A stretch of DNA of 42,763 bases from Rhizaria sp. SCN 62-66. Taxonomy: Eukaryota. The translations under genes and the position numbers were made by a program. The stretch lies in the NCBI GenBank assembly GCA_001724265.1, contig MEDY01000505.1, positions 1 through 42,763 on the forward strand. The letters run 5' to 3'. The notes under the pieces were generated by a model, which saw only the letters and a program-made list of their open reading frames with translations, was not told the DNA's origin and did no database searches. Positions 1 to 12,243 of this stretch are shown piece by piece. Every line of letters begins with the position of its first letter. Position 1 is the first letter of the stretch.

Positions 1-695
1 TGCGCTCGAGGTCGTTACGGAGGCAAGTGTCAACGGTGGAGCCGATGAGCTGGAAGGTCTTGCCGGTGTCGCGGTCGCGCTGACGGTTGAGGAACCAGGA
101 GGGGATGTTGAAGTTCTCGGGGGACTCGAGGACGGTCTTGATGGACTCGAGCTCGGCCTCGGTCAGCTCACCAGCGCTGTACAAGGGCGAAACACGGAGA
201 GGAAAGAGGAAGAGAAAGAGGGGCGAAGAGAGAAAAACAAGAGAAAATAGAAGGGGAAGATGTGAGTGTGGAGCGATGTTAGAACACAGATAGATAGAAA
301 ACGAAATGTGGTAAAGAAATATAAGAGAATTTCGCTATTCAAGACGGTGAAAGGGCGTAAACGTACCGCTTCTTGGAGTCAACGTTGGCACGCTTGCAGG
401 CGATGTCGGCGAAGCGGCGGCCGACACCGCGGATCTCGGTGAGGGCATACACAACCTTCTCCTTGCCGTGGATGTTGGTGTTGAGGATACGGAGGATGTG
501 CTTGAAGTCAGCGTCTTCGACGATAAGGGCCTGAGGAGCGAGAGGACAGAAGCATGGCGCAGCAGAGCGGAGGCAAAGCGAGAATGTGAGTGTGAGTCAG
601 TGAGGGCAAAGCTGGTCAAAGGAGAAGCGGCTGTGCGGGCAACGGGAGCGGTGTCTGAGAAAGGGGAAATAAAAATTAGAGAGTTCACGTACCAT
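1..695 (-). CDS. RPS18: 40S ribosomal protein S18 (uS13), 3'-partial
   Basis: Exons 695..693 (ATG only), 530..367, 176..<1, with GTACGT..AG introns. Spliced translation [95 protein letters not shown]...LRNDLER matches eukaryotic uS13 motifs (HILR.LNTN, GVGRR, RAGEL, IP.WFLNRQ.D). Strong C-ending codon bias. Confidence 0.97.
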
Positions 696-1183
696 TTTGA
701 TCTGGGGTTCAAACCGAAGTCTCAAACAACCACCAGGACACGCAGCAAGTCATGAGGGAAAATGGTGCCGCGTCCAAGGGCGAAGTGCGAGGCCGCCGGT
801 CGCCGAAAAATGCCTTCAAACAGTCGGTTCGCAAAAAAGACACTGCAGCCAGCGAGCGAGCGGCAGACGCTTTTGCTCTTGTCGCTGACTTTAGAAGAAC
901 TATATCACGTTCAATCGTGCGTTGAATGCTTTGCAGTATCGTGTAATAGTATTTCCTTGGAGTAATCTACAACGGGGTATTATTGGCAGCTTTGAAAAAT
1001 TGTCTGTGCCTTCCGTGAGCTCTGTTTGTGGTGCCAGTTGGCCTCGTCTTTCCCCCCAATCCCAACCTCACTTCCTGCTCTTGCCCAGACCCAGAGTTCA
1101 CGATTTTGATGTTCTTTTATTAACACTCATATATAACGTTCCGTATACTACTCGCTGTTCCTTTGTTTTTCTCCTCAACGCAG
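696..1183. promoter_or_regulatory. Divergent (possibly bidirectional) promoter region between RPS18 and NDUFS4
   Basis: Head-to-head starts less than 0.5 kb apart. Similar divergent pairs flank 4462..5415, 10154..10922, 17819..18583 and 36219..37405. Confidence 0.45.
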
Positions 1184-2105
1184 ATGTTCAAGGCCGTCAA
1201 GCGTTCCTTCCACGCGACCCCTGTGCGCCACGCCATCACCACGCTCGACACTGAGCTCACCAAGAACTGGGCTAACCTCAAGAAGCAGACCACCAAGGAC
1301 TACCTCTCGGGCACCTTCACTCACCGCACGAGCCAGCACGTTGTGGTGTTCAAGCCCGCCCTCAATGCGATGCAGAACGCCCCCGAGCACGACGGCAAGT
1401 GGCGCCTCTTCTTTGACAACGAGGTACGACGCACAAAACAACGCATCTACACCCCGAAACATCACCTTCACTGCTCCGATACAGCTGTCATGGGTGTATT
1501 GTGCTATGTAGTTTCTGATACTATACTTTTACTTCGATGACACGGTTCCTTTATCTCATCTCGCTACCTTCTCTTTGGTGCAATCTTTCTTTCTTTAGTC
1601 GACGACTGTGAGCCCCCTCAACGGCTGGTCCCTCACCTCTGCCACCCCGATCTCCCCTCTCGTCGGCTTCGCGAGCGCCGAGGACGCCGCCAACTTCGCC
1701 GTCAACCAGGGCTTCTCCTACACCGTTCTCCCCGATCAGGTATGTCATCTCTTCCCTCTCACAGCCACTACTTCCACCCGCCCACGAGAGACTGAATCAG
1801 TGATTTGGCAGCGTTCTTGGAGTCGTAATCACTTATAGGGGAGTATATTGCAGGTTTTGTTGGATGTATCAATTACTGGATCAATTTATCTTGCTCGTGA
1901 GTAATCTTTTTGCGATTCTAAAGTCTTATGTGACTTAATGTCTCGTTCTTAACTCACCATCTTTCTCACGTTTTCTCGCTGTCTCTTCTCGCTACCCCTG
2001 TTTTGCGCTCTATCCCCCCGTCCCCAGGTTGCCACCACCAAGAAGAAGTCTTACTCGGACAACTTCCGCTGGCGCGGCCACCCCAAGCCCGAGGAGAAGT
2101 TCTAA
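1184..2105 (+). CDS. NDUFS4: NADH:ubiquinone oxidoreductase 18-kDa subunit (complex I), mitochondrial precursor
   Basis: Exons 1184..1423, 1599..1739, 2028..2105, ending TAA. Motifs VFKPALNAMQ, KWRLFFD, SPLNGW, FASAEDAANFAVNQGFSY and KKKSYSDNFRW match the NDUFS4 family. N-terminus MFKAVKRSFHATPVR resembles a presequence. Confidence 0.9.
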
Positions 2106-2689
2106 GCACTAAGGTTCGAAGCACTAAGTACCCCTTAAGCGACCCTTCAGCGCCTCCCTGAGACAGGCTAAGTACCGCTGCCTCGTGACGATGAGGACAG
2201 CGGCGCTAGACGCTCGCTAGGACGTGTACATAGATTGTTGGATCTCGATAATAATACGGCGGAGGATAACCTTTTTTATTTTCTTGCGAACTCTGCCTAC
2301 TGTAGGCGCTCGTTTGGCGGCAGTAAGCAGCAGCATTTGTCTCGTCGTATATTTTGTACACGCAATCTCATTCATCACAGCGAAAGAACAACGACAATCG
2401 CACTCACAATGCAACAACATGCCTCAATTTGCCAGTCAGTTTGAGGTGTGACTTTATATAACAACTTTACACCACACGTTTGTTTGCTGGAAGCAACAAA
2501 TGAAGCAACAAGCACAATCTTTCACTAAATATCATATTATAAACATTCACAAATAAACATAACTTACATTATATATCTCTACGCATCTGTATTTGGCTAT
2601 ATTCACAGACGTCGAAACTTTGATCCACAGACTTCGATTTGAGTTACTGACGGTGAGCACCTTGCTGAGCTTCCGCAATGTTCAAGTAC

Positions 2690-4461
2690 TTAAACACGGG
2701 GGCGCTTGACAGTGGGCTCAATCTCAGCCTCATCCTCAGCGGCCGCAGCAACAGCAACGTCATCAGGCGTAGCCGTGACCGTCGCTGCAATGCCGTCACC
2801 GGCATTCGCACTCGCACTGCTGGAGCCATCGCTGGCGTCGATCTCAGCGGGCTCAGGCTTCACAGTGACATCGGCAGCGGCAGCGGCGGCGGCGGCGGCG
2901 ACGGCGGCCTCGGCCTCGACCTTGACGGCCCCAGCCTCAAGCTTCGCCCCGCTGCCGCTGCCGCTGCCACTGCCATCCTCCTCCTTAGCGCCAGCGCTAG
3001 ATTGCGACTGCGGGTGAGCGACGGCGCTGCTGCCCTGGCTGCGCTTGTGGCCGTGGCCCGCAGCCAGCCAGGACGCGGACACCGAGCCCGCCCCCGACCG
3101 CCGCTGTCGCCGCGCGCCCGCGCCCGCGGCCGCCGCGGCCTCGGCGTCGTCCTCGTCCTCCCCCTCGGCCGCGGCCGCAGCGGCGGCGGCGGCCGCAGCG
3201 GCGGCGGCGGCGGCGGCGGCAGAGCGGCCGCCGCGGCTGGAGCCAGCAGCAGCCGCCGCAGCCGCCGCAGCGGCAGCAGCGGTGTTGGCGTTGCCGCCAG
3301 CAGCACCGTTGCCGCCGCTATTGCCGTTGTTCGCGGAGGCGGCGACGGCTGCGGCGGCGAGCGCGGCGGCGACGGGCGTTGGAGCCACGGCCACAGGCGG
3401 CGGCGCCCAGCGGGGCAGGTCGCTCACGGGCGTGTTGAGCACGGCCAGGCGTGCGTCAGCGCGCGCCCAGATGTCGAACTTGGACTGGTGGAAGCGGCGC
3501 GCCTGCCGCTGATAAGACTTCCAGATCTATGAAAAGCAAGAAGCAAAAGCAAGCGAAGACAAAAGAAAGTACGGTTGAGGGTTGGGGGACTTGAATGGGA
3601 GACTTGAAGTAAACTTTGACAGGATATGTAAGCACCAAAGCAAATATTTAGCAAAATACAAGGCAATAGTTTAGGATAAAATACATCGTTGTTCTAAAAT
3701 ATTTCTCTAATGTTCGATTAAACAATTATTATGAGGATAAACAGATTTGGACGTACGGTGTAGTGGGAGGTGCGCTTCCAGATGTAGTAGAGCTCTACGA
3801 CGTCGTTGGTCGACTTTGTGCCGATGAGCTTGTGGATCTCGTGAAAGTCTTTGCCAATGCTCATCATGCCAGCTTCAAACAGCGCGAGCTCGTAGGGCGA
3901 CCACGAGTCGAGCGCGTGGCTCTGCCGCAGCGGTGTCAGCAGCAGGTACAGCGTCGGGTACTGGAACAGGTCGTACTCCTGGGAGGACCACGCGTCGCCG
4001 GCGCCTACCGTGTCCGTGTCCTTGCGCCGGTAGTAGAGCTGCGCCACGGCGTCCAGCACCGCATCGACGCGCTCCTTGCCCGGCAGCGACGCATAGGCCA
4101 CAGCGCCCGCCGCCGTATTGCTCACGTGGCCACTGCTGCTACTGTTCACTGTCGCTCTGCCAGGTGCCGCCGACGCCGCCGTTCCGCTTGCGCTAGAGCC
4201 AGCGCCCAACGCAGAGCCCGCGCTAGTGACGGTGGCGCCGGAACCGCTGGCGGCGGCGCTGCCGTCCTTGTCTTTGCTGACTGCGGCGGTGGCCTCGGAG
4301 TGTGAGAACAACGCCGCGGCCTGCGCCAGGGGGTGGTCCAGGAAGCGGGAAGGCGACATGGGCCGGTAGGAACGCACGGCCTGGATGTGCGCGCGGCGGT
4401 TCAGCATTGTCGGCGCGCGCACGGGCACGGGGGCCGAGACTGGGATCGGCTGCTGCGACAT
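2690..4461 (-). CDS. SANT/Myb-like domain protein (MIER/MTA/RERE-type SANT) with poly-Ala low-complexity tail
   Basis: Exons 4461..3757 and 3526..2690, phase-0 GTACGT..TAG intron, stop TAA. SANT motif WSPYELALFEAGMMSIGKDFHEIHKLIGTKSTNDVVELYYIWKRT. Basic NLS-like end KRPRV. Confidence 0.85.
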
Positions 4462-5415
4462 GGCTGCGGACTGGAAGCGGAGAGACTCTTAAGTTCGGAA
4501 GGGAGGCGTCCGCTTGGGTGGGACTTTGAGGGGGGATAATATAGCGCGGTGAGGTGTGGGTTCTTTGTTGGGAACAGAAAATGCGCGGAAAGATGGTAAT
4601 GTGGTGGATGTGGTGAGCGGGACTGTGTGGCAGTTCAGTGAGAGTGTGGCGCTGACAGAGCGTGGGGAAGCAAGGGCAAGAGATGACGACTGCGAGGGGC
4701 CGAGTCGCGGACACGTTTGTCGGTACAAAGTGGGTTAAGCGAGGGACTCAGGCGATATAATTAAAAGAGCATGAAAAAAGTAGTGCTTCTATCCTGCAGC
4801 ATCGCCTTCATAGAAAGTGGACGTTCGCAAGGTGCTGATTGGCTTGAGGCATAAAGGGCTCAGTGCCTCACTTGGGCGGCGAAGCGCGAAGCGAGAGGAT
4901 GTCAGCGAGCTGTTTGATCTGGCCGTAAAGCGACGCAGAGAATCCGTTGTTGCGATGTTTAGTTAAGATAGACAGCTTTCTCTGGCGCTTGTGCTTTTCT
5001 TTTTAATTATACGCTTCCAGAGTGCTGTCTCACCTTGAAATCTCCACCTGGTGGATGCTAATCTTGCGCCTCATGTTACTGCTCTCAACATACGCCCACC
5101 AACGTCGCCCCTGCTGATCAAAACGACTTTAACGCACTTTGAAGACACTTTCTGACCTTTTTTCCGCCAACATATGTTGTACGTACTCCATTTTCCGTGG
5201 CCACAGCTTTATTGCCAACTACAACACGCACAGCAACGAGTTGCAACCTCTTCTGTGTCACACTCTCTGTTGAGGCCCCTTAAGCAACGCAGCTCCGTGT
5301 GAGTTACTAATATCGCCATAACTGCTGCGCACATCTACTAACAGCGACAGCATACCCGAACAGCAACACTCAACCGCGCAAGCGTCAGTCCACTAAGACT
5401 CACAAGCTACCTACA

Positions 5416-6665
5416 ATGCCGCCGAAGCCCGCTGCCGCCGCCGGCGGCGCTGGCGCCAACAGCAGCAGCGCCGCCGCCGCCGCCGTCGCGTCCCAGGTCG
5501 CCAAACGCACGCGACAGCAGCTGAACCCGCAGGTGCGCGCGCCCCGCGGCGCTGGCGACATCAAGACGCGCCGCGTACGTCGTTTATCAACTGTTGCAAA
5601 ACGCATCAAAACCATGCAACGCGTTGTATGTCTCTCTAATATGACTTGATGTCTTTGAAATGCAATGTCTAACTCTCCATAATGTGTCTTTGCTGGTTTT
5701 CTTTCTTATTAGCTGCTGAAAGCGTCGCGCTTGCACGCACTGGAGCTGGATAACCACAACAACGACCATCACAACCTCGACCTTAACTATGATGGCGAGG
5801 AGGACGAGCAGGGTGCGTAAGGCGGCTTTACACGCGCCTTGAAGATAAAAATGATGCATATCAACCACAAAAATATCTCTAACTACGTAGTGTTACACAT
5901 GTTTCCGTTCTTATCAACTGATTTTGAGACCATGTATCCTGTTAATGCCAGTGTTTGATGAAATGTCTCGCCAAAAAAACTCACTCCATTTTCTCTCATT
6001 TTAATCATGTGGCATTTTGCGTGGTATTATACGCGTGTCTTAGTGACTAACGCGGTCGGCCACAAGCAGATCAAGCGCCGCAAGCGCGCCAAACCAGGCC
6101 CCGCGGCGCCCGCCGCCGCCGCCGCCGCCGCCGCCGCAGCTGCCGCCGCCGCCGCCGCCGCTGCTGCGTCTGGGGCGAGCCCTGCCGCCGCGGCCGCCGC
6201 GTCTGCCGCCGCTGCTGCCGCCTCGGCCGCCACCGCGATGCCGATGACTCGGCTGACTGCTGAGACGGCGGTCGTCGTCCTCGGCCTGCCCTCGCAGCCT
6301 GGTACGGTGTCGTTTATTTTATCCCAAGTCATGATACCTCGCTCATATCGCGCGCCATAAGATCAACACATAACTCCTATATTTCTGAATTTATTTCCCA
6401 TGTAATACTCTGATTTTGAAGCGAAATTCTATCATATACTCTTATTTTTCCTCCTTTGTGTATTTTCTCTCCTTCTGTCCGCCGCTTAGCCCCGACCCTG
6501 CTGACTGCGCGCATGCCCCCCAGCAAGCTGCCGCCGCGCCCGCAGTGCGCTGTGTGCGGCTTCTCTGCTCCGCAGGCCTGCGCCGCTTGTGGCACGCGTG
6601 TGTGCGGCAGCAAGTGCCTCGCCACGCACTCGGAGACACGCTGCCTCAAGTTCGGCGCCAAGTGA
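5416..6665 (+). CDS. ZNHIT1: SWR1/SRCAP complex HIT zinc-finger subunit (Vps71/Swc6)
   Basis: Exons 5416..5574, 5713..5812, 6044..6301, 6490..6665, all phases consistent, stop TGA. RLHALELDN motif and C-terminal PPSKLPPRPQCAVCGF..ACAACGTRVCGSKCLATHSETRCLKF are typical of ZNHIT1/Vps71. Confidence 0.9.
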
Positions 6666-7456
6666 GCCAGCCAATTTAATAGTCACACAGGAATACGGAG
6701 TTGTAAGCGAGAGACACTACGCATGGAGATGTCACGCGCAATGCATGCAGAACAAAAATATAGCTTTATGTTACAGTCCCAGCTTCACCAGCGCACATAT
6801 ATTGAGGGTGAAAACACATTCACAAGGCTACTTCGATGGGCTCATATGAAAGTTGAGACATTACGGTGCTGTTATGCGCTGTATTTCTTATTTCTTCTTA
6901 TATTTCTCAAAGTCATCAAATTGTGTGTTTATGTATAGTATATAGTTATTCTCCAATCAATCTCATCAAAATACACGTCCGAGACGTTCAATCAGAATTG
7001 TTTGGCACGTTTGCTGCCAGTCGATGAGAGCGTTGCGTAGAGTGATTGCTGCGGGCATGATAGACTTTCTAGCGGATAGTTATTAGAATTCAGCTATTCG
7101 TCTATCATTAAATTCAATGACAATTATAACGAGATCGCCAGCCCCCTGAGGTCAGCTGACAATGTCCCAAAATTACGGCCGTTAACGTCTGCTGTTCGTT
7201 TGCTCTTGCGTACAGTTGAAGAGCTACAGATACGTAATAAGAACACCAATGCTCTCCTGTATATGAGATTCCGATTGATGAGTATTACATTAAAATATAT
7301 TACATACATGTATACATGGAAGATTACAACTTAACTACCGACTTTATGTTGTTGCAGTACTGAGTTGCTGCTCCAGAAGACACTGCCACAAGAGAAGCGG
7401 TACAAAGTCTGCTGACAGCAGGGGTGTGATTCCACGTATTTAATCCATTTCCAGAA

Positions 7457-10153
7457 TTAGCCGAAGCTGATCTCAGTAGAAGGAGCGGCGCGGGGCTTAG
7501 TAGCAGAACCCCCAAATGTGAAGGCGCCGCTCTTATACTGGGCTGCAGTGGCCACGAGTCGCTCAACCTGTTTGCGGGCCCTTGAGGACATCGAACCGGC
7601 ACTCGCGGCGGCGACTTGAGCGACGGGCTCGATCTCTTCAGCAATTGTTGTCTTGACGGGGTCCGCGTAAAAGTCGGCGTCAAAAAAGGCGCACAGCGTG
7701 CGGGCGTACAAGGACGAGAGGGAGCGCGGCGGGGTATTTGCCGCAGAGGGCAGCAGAGACAGGACTTCCGCGCGGCCGCGCAGCAGCGCAGGGGCGTCTT
7801 TGTGCTCGGCCACGATGAGCTGCCGCAGCATCCAGTAGAGCGCTGAGCACATGTCGTGCTCGCCGGCGACGGCCACGGCCATGATGTCTTCGACTGTGCG
7901 CGGCAGCAGCTTCTGCAGCAGCGCCACCACCTTGGCCGTGTCCGCAGGCTTTAGAGGGCAGGGCTGCAGCGGCAAGAGGGTGCCCAGGAACGACAGCGCG
8001 CTCAGCAGCGCGCCACCGTCGGCCGCACCCGAGACTACCTGGAGCGACAGCGCCACAGCGTCACTCATGCCCGGCCACGCGCCCATTTCTTCACGCAACT
8101 GCATGTAGGGGTTGCACTTACAGTCAAAGACCTCAAAGTTGAGCTGGCCCAACAACTGCAACAGCACGAATACGTATTCCTTGTGATAGCGCAACGCAAG
8201 GGTTGCACTGAGAGTGCCTTTCGCGGCGGTGGGGACTCGGGCAGCGAGCGCAACAAGTGCGGGCAAGGCAGTCTTAACGCCGTCGGAAAAAAAACAGCAT
8301 GACACCGGGGTCTTGCTGCGCAGCGCGTCACGGTGGACGCTCACACGCAATGCGTTGTAGTGCATCAGCACAGCGGTAGCCACGCGGTGCGGCCATGAGC
8401 GCAGTGCGGCGCCGCTTAAGCCCAGAGTGAGCTCAAGCCAGCGGGGGGCCAGGTCGTCGCTCACGACGGGGCGGCCAAAAACATTCTTTTGTGCATCCAT
8501 GAATGCCGCGGCAAATGCGTCGCAGCTGCGCCACAACAGGTTATTGTCAAAATGCGGGTACTGAGGTGCCGCAGCAACAAAGCCTTTGCCCTTGCCCTTG
8601 CTCTTAGTCTTGCACGCAACGTCGTCCGTAGTCGAAGTCACGAGCGGGCGGTGCGGTTTCAGTGCATAACGTGTCAAGGCGATCATGTTTTCAGGACGCG
8701 AGGCGTGCCTGCGCGGCCGTCCTTGCGTCTGGTAGTTGGAGCCGCCAACGGGAACACCACCACCGAAGCTGAGGGCACCAAAGGGAGGGACTGCTGAAGA
8801 TCCGAAGCCACCGATGGATAGGGCTGCCGAGCTGGCTGAAGATCCGAAACCACTTAAGGCAGGGACTGTCGAGCTGCCTGGAGATCCCAAGTCAATAAAG
8901 CCAAATACACGTGCCGAACCTGTTGAAGGGACACGGGGTTGAAACCTGGGGAAAGCGTATAGCGATCGATAGGCTTGAGCGAAAGTCCCGCTCCCATCAC
9001 CCACGACATCACCCAGGTCGCCGACGCCTGCCATTCCCCGGCGTTCGCCGTCTGCCGCTGCAAAACCAGAGGATGAAGTAGGGGCACCACTCGGGCCGGC
9101 TGTAGCGCCACCAATAGCACCGAAAGAAGGGACGCCGCGCGGTGCGTTAGACGTAGTGGAAGTCTAGTAAAAAGAAGCCGATGGATTATGAGGGGGGTCA
9201 ACGCGGTGAGCACCTAAGGGGTTTGAAGGTGGAGCATTGGCGTACAAGGGCCTCGAAGTGGCAGCAGGCTCGGCCTCTTGGGCGTCTGCGTCTGCGTCAA
9301 CATCTGCGTCCGCGTCAGTGTTAGCAAACGTGTCGAGGTTGCCGCGGCAGCGCGCCGCGGGGGCCGCTGCTGGCGTGACGGCGACCGCGGCGGCGGGCGT
9401 GAGCACGTAGCGCGCGTCGTCGCCGGTCATGAGCGCGTCGGCCAGCTGCGCTAGACGCGCGAACACGAAGCCCGCCGCCGGCCGCGACAGCGTGAATCGC
9501 GGGTCGCTCGGGGCCGCGCGCGGAGGGGACGTGGCGGCGCGGGCGAGCGAGGAGGCGGCAAGAGGCGCGCCGTTACCGCCGCCAAAGACGCTGCCGAAGC
9601 GAGTCGAGGCTCCTTCACCAATGGTGTTCGTGGCGTTGGGCGAGGCGGTCCCAAAGAAGAAGCCGGTGCCAGACTGCGCGTCCCCACCGGCCGCAGGAAC
9701 CGCCTCGGCAGAGATAGAGCGCGTGGGTGAAACCGCGGCGATGGCGGCCGCAGGCTCAAAGAAGGCCTTGAGGTACTCGTCGATTTGCGGGACGCAACGC
9801 ATCAGCTGGCGGTGCGCCGTGAGCACAAGGCGGAAGCGCGCGAGCTGGAAGAGGGCCTCGGCCGCGGTCACGCGCGTCAGGTCGTCGCGGCTGTGGAGAA
9901 GAGGGAACACAAAGCTAGCAACGTCGTGCTTCCCGAACAGGTTGCTGATAGACTCATCGAGCGAAGCAGCAACTGCGGAGACGGTGCCATCGCGATTTGT
10001 GCCGACGTTGGCACGATGCCGACCGAGGGTGCGGAGCGCTTTCGAAAGCAGCCCAAGTTTGGTTGCCACGTTCTCGCCAGTCATGAGAGCAGCCAGCAAC
10101 GCGCGGAGGGCCTAAAGCGCCATCTCAACAGCAGCCGGACTACCTTTGGTCAT
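7457..10153 (-). CDS. Unknown ~898-aa protein with helical (ARM/HEAT-like) segments and FG-containing linkers; two in-frame TAG codons
   Basis: Single frame from ATG 10153 to TAA 7457, interrupted only by TAG at 10112..10114 and 9164..9166. It joins track ORFs 9164..10099 and 7457..9034 through an open 43-codon bridge. Leu/Ala amphipathic helices are present. The exact gene model depends on how TAG is read. Confidence 0.65.
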
Positions 10154-10922
10154 AGGTCTGGAGATAATAATATTGGTTGACAGGGAGACAGACAGTGCGT
10201 ATTATCGACATGATAACAAAACAGTAGGAGATGTAAAAATAGAATCATACAGAAGACAGGCTTAGACACATATACGAACGTGGAATTCCCGCTGTCGATG
10301 TAATTCTTGTTGAAAACTGATCGTAGAAACACACTGCTATCCGAGAGCAGCGACAACTGTATAAGTTGAAAGTCCTCAACAACGTCTGACAATAAATAAT
10401 ACCACTAGTCAACGTGATTACTTAAAAGTATCATATTACCTTGTAATTGATACAATCCGGTTTTGTTTGATGCCCATATGTCATATTTTGAAACAAGCTT
10501 TTATAGAGAATGCTTCATTTGAAATTTTCGGTCGCGGATGGCGCGAAATCTCAGACCCGGCCACTCGGTCACAACCAAGTGCAAGCGTGCGAATCTTGTT
10601 AGAAAAGTAAGCGCCAAGGTTGCCCTGGGCATGCTGGACTGAAGAAACTGGGTTTTATTCGGGCTCATTTAGACGGTATTGTGGTTGTCAATTTGCGTTT
10701 GTTTTAATTGTAATCGCTGCAAGACCTATTTGGTGCTTATTTTTCATTTCTTTTGCTTTACCGCTGCGTGCCTGGTCCGCATATCTCCCGTTCTCGTCCC
10801 GCCCAGAGCCACCCTCCCCGCCCTACCCCAGCCGCCTTCCCGCCGCCGCCCCACTCTTCCCCGTCCCCTTGTCCTCCGCGCCCGTCCCCCGCGCCCGCCG
10901 TGCCCAGCCCCCCCTGCGCGTG

Positions 10923-12243
10923 ATGAGCGACATTCTAGCCCGTTACACGAACCTCGGCAAGCTCGGCGAGGGCACTTATGGCATCGTCCACAAGGGCCGC
11001 GACAAGACTACGGACCGCGTAGTGGCGCTCAAGCAGATCCGCCTCGACTCGGTCGATGAGGGCACGCCCTCCACGGCCATCCGCGAGGTCGCCATCTTGA
11101 AGCAGCTGCAGCACCCCAACATCGTGTCGCTGCTCGAGATTGCACACACCGAGAGCAACCTCACGCTCGTCTTCGAATTCCTCGACCAGGTACGTGTTCT
11201 CGCGTCTAATTGGAAACGACTTTGTTTGCACTCGCTTCATCGTGTTACGCCGATATCGTGATATAACACGCTGGCCGCACTCTTGATATCGCTTCTTGTA
11301 ACTGCCATTTTTCCATATGCATTCATTTGTGTGCTTTGTTCTACGCATTCTTTCCCGTACCCAAAACACTCATCCCGCTCTCAACCCATTTTCATGTTTC
11401 TCTCTCGTGTACCTTCCCGACTTCCTCCTTTACGATATCTTTCTCCCGTCGTTTTCCCCGCTCTATTTTCCTTACTTTCCATGTTTGTTTGCCCGATATT
11501 TCTTTCCCCCTGCCTTTCTAACCCGCTTTTGACCTCGCAATCGCTCCTAGGACCTGCACAACTACTTGGACTCGCTGGGCACGAAGGGCCTGGACGAGTA
11601 CACCGTGTGCTCGTTCCTCTACCAGCTGCTTCAGGGCCTCGCCTACTGCCACCACTACAACATCCTGCACCGCGACCTGAAGCCGCAGAACCTGCTGATC
11701 AACATGGACGGCGAGCTCAAGCTGGCCGACTTCGGTCTCGCGCGCTGCCACGGCGTGCCTGTGCACGCCTACACCCACGAAGTCGTAACGCTGTGGTACC
11801 GTCCGCCTGACGTCATTCTTGGCAACACCAAGTACAACTCCAAGATCGACCTCTGGGGCGTGGGGTGCATCTTCGCTGAGATGGTCAACGGCAAGCCGCT
11901 CTTCGCGGGCGCCAACACGGCCGACCAGCTGCACCGTATCTTCCGCGTCCTGGGTACGCCCAACAGCGGGCTTGACGGCGTGCAGCAGTGGCCCGGCATC
12001 GAACAGTTTTCGCTCTGGCGCGACTTCCAACGCAAGCTCGGCGCCAACCTCTCCAATCACCGCAACTCCCTCGCTCAGTGCGTGCCGGGGTTGTCGCCCG
12101 TGGGCATGGACCTGCTGCAGAAGATGCTCATGTATGACCCCAAGCAGCGCATCGGCGCCGTTGAGGCGCTCTCGCACCCCTACTTCGACATTCTCCACAA
12201 GGCGCAGGCGCAGGCGCAGCAGCAGCAGGGACAGCAGCAGTAA
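10923..12243 (+). CDS. Cyclin-dependent kinase with PSTAIRE helix (CDK1/2 or CDK5/Pho85-like)
   Basis: Exons 10923..11189 and 11551..12243, stop TAA. Motifs [51 protein letters not shown]. The RPPDV variant is CDK5/PCTAIRE-like. Confidence 0.95.

Noticed and set aside
9214-9245. 32-nt mini-intron GTACGC..CCTTAG in the 7457..10153 gene
   Set aside because: Splicing it gives an almost immediate TGA, and it is far shorter than all supported introns.
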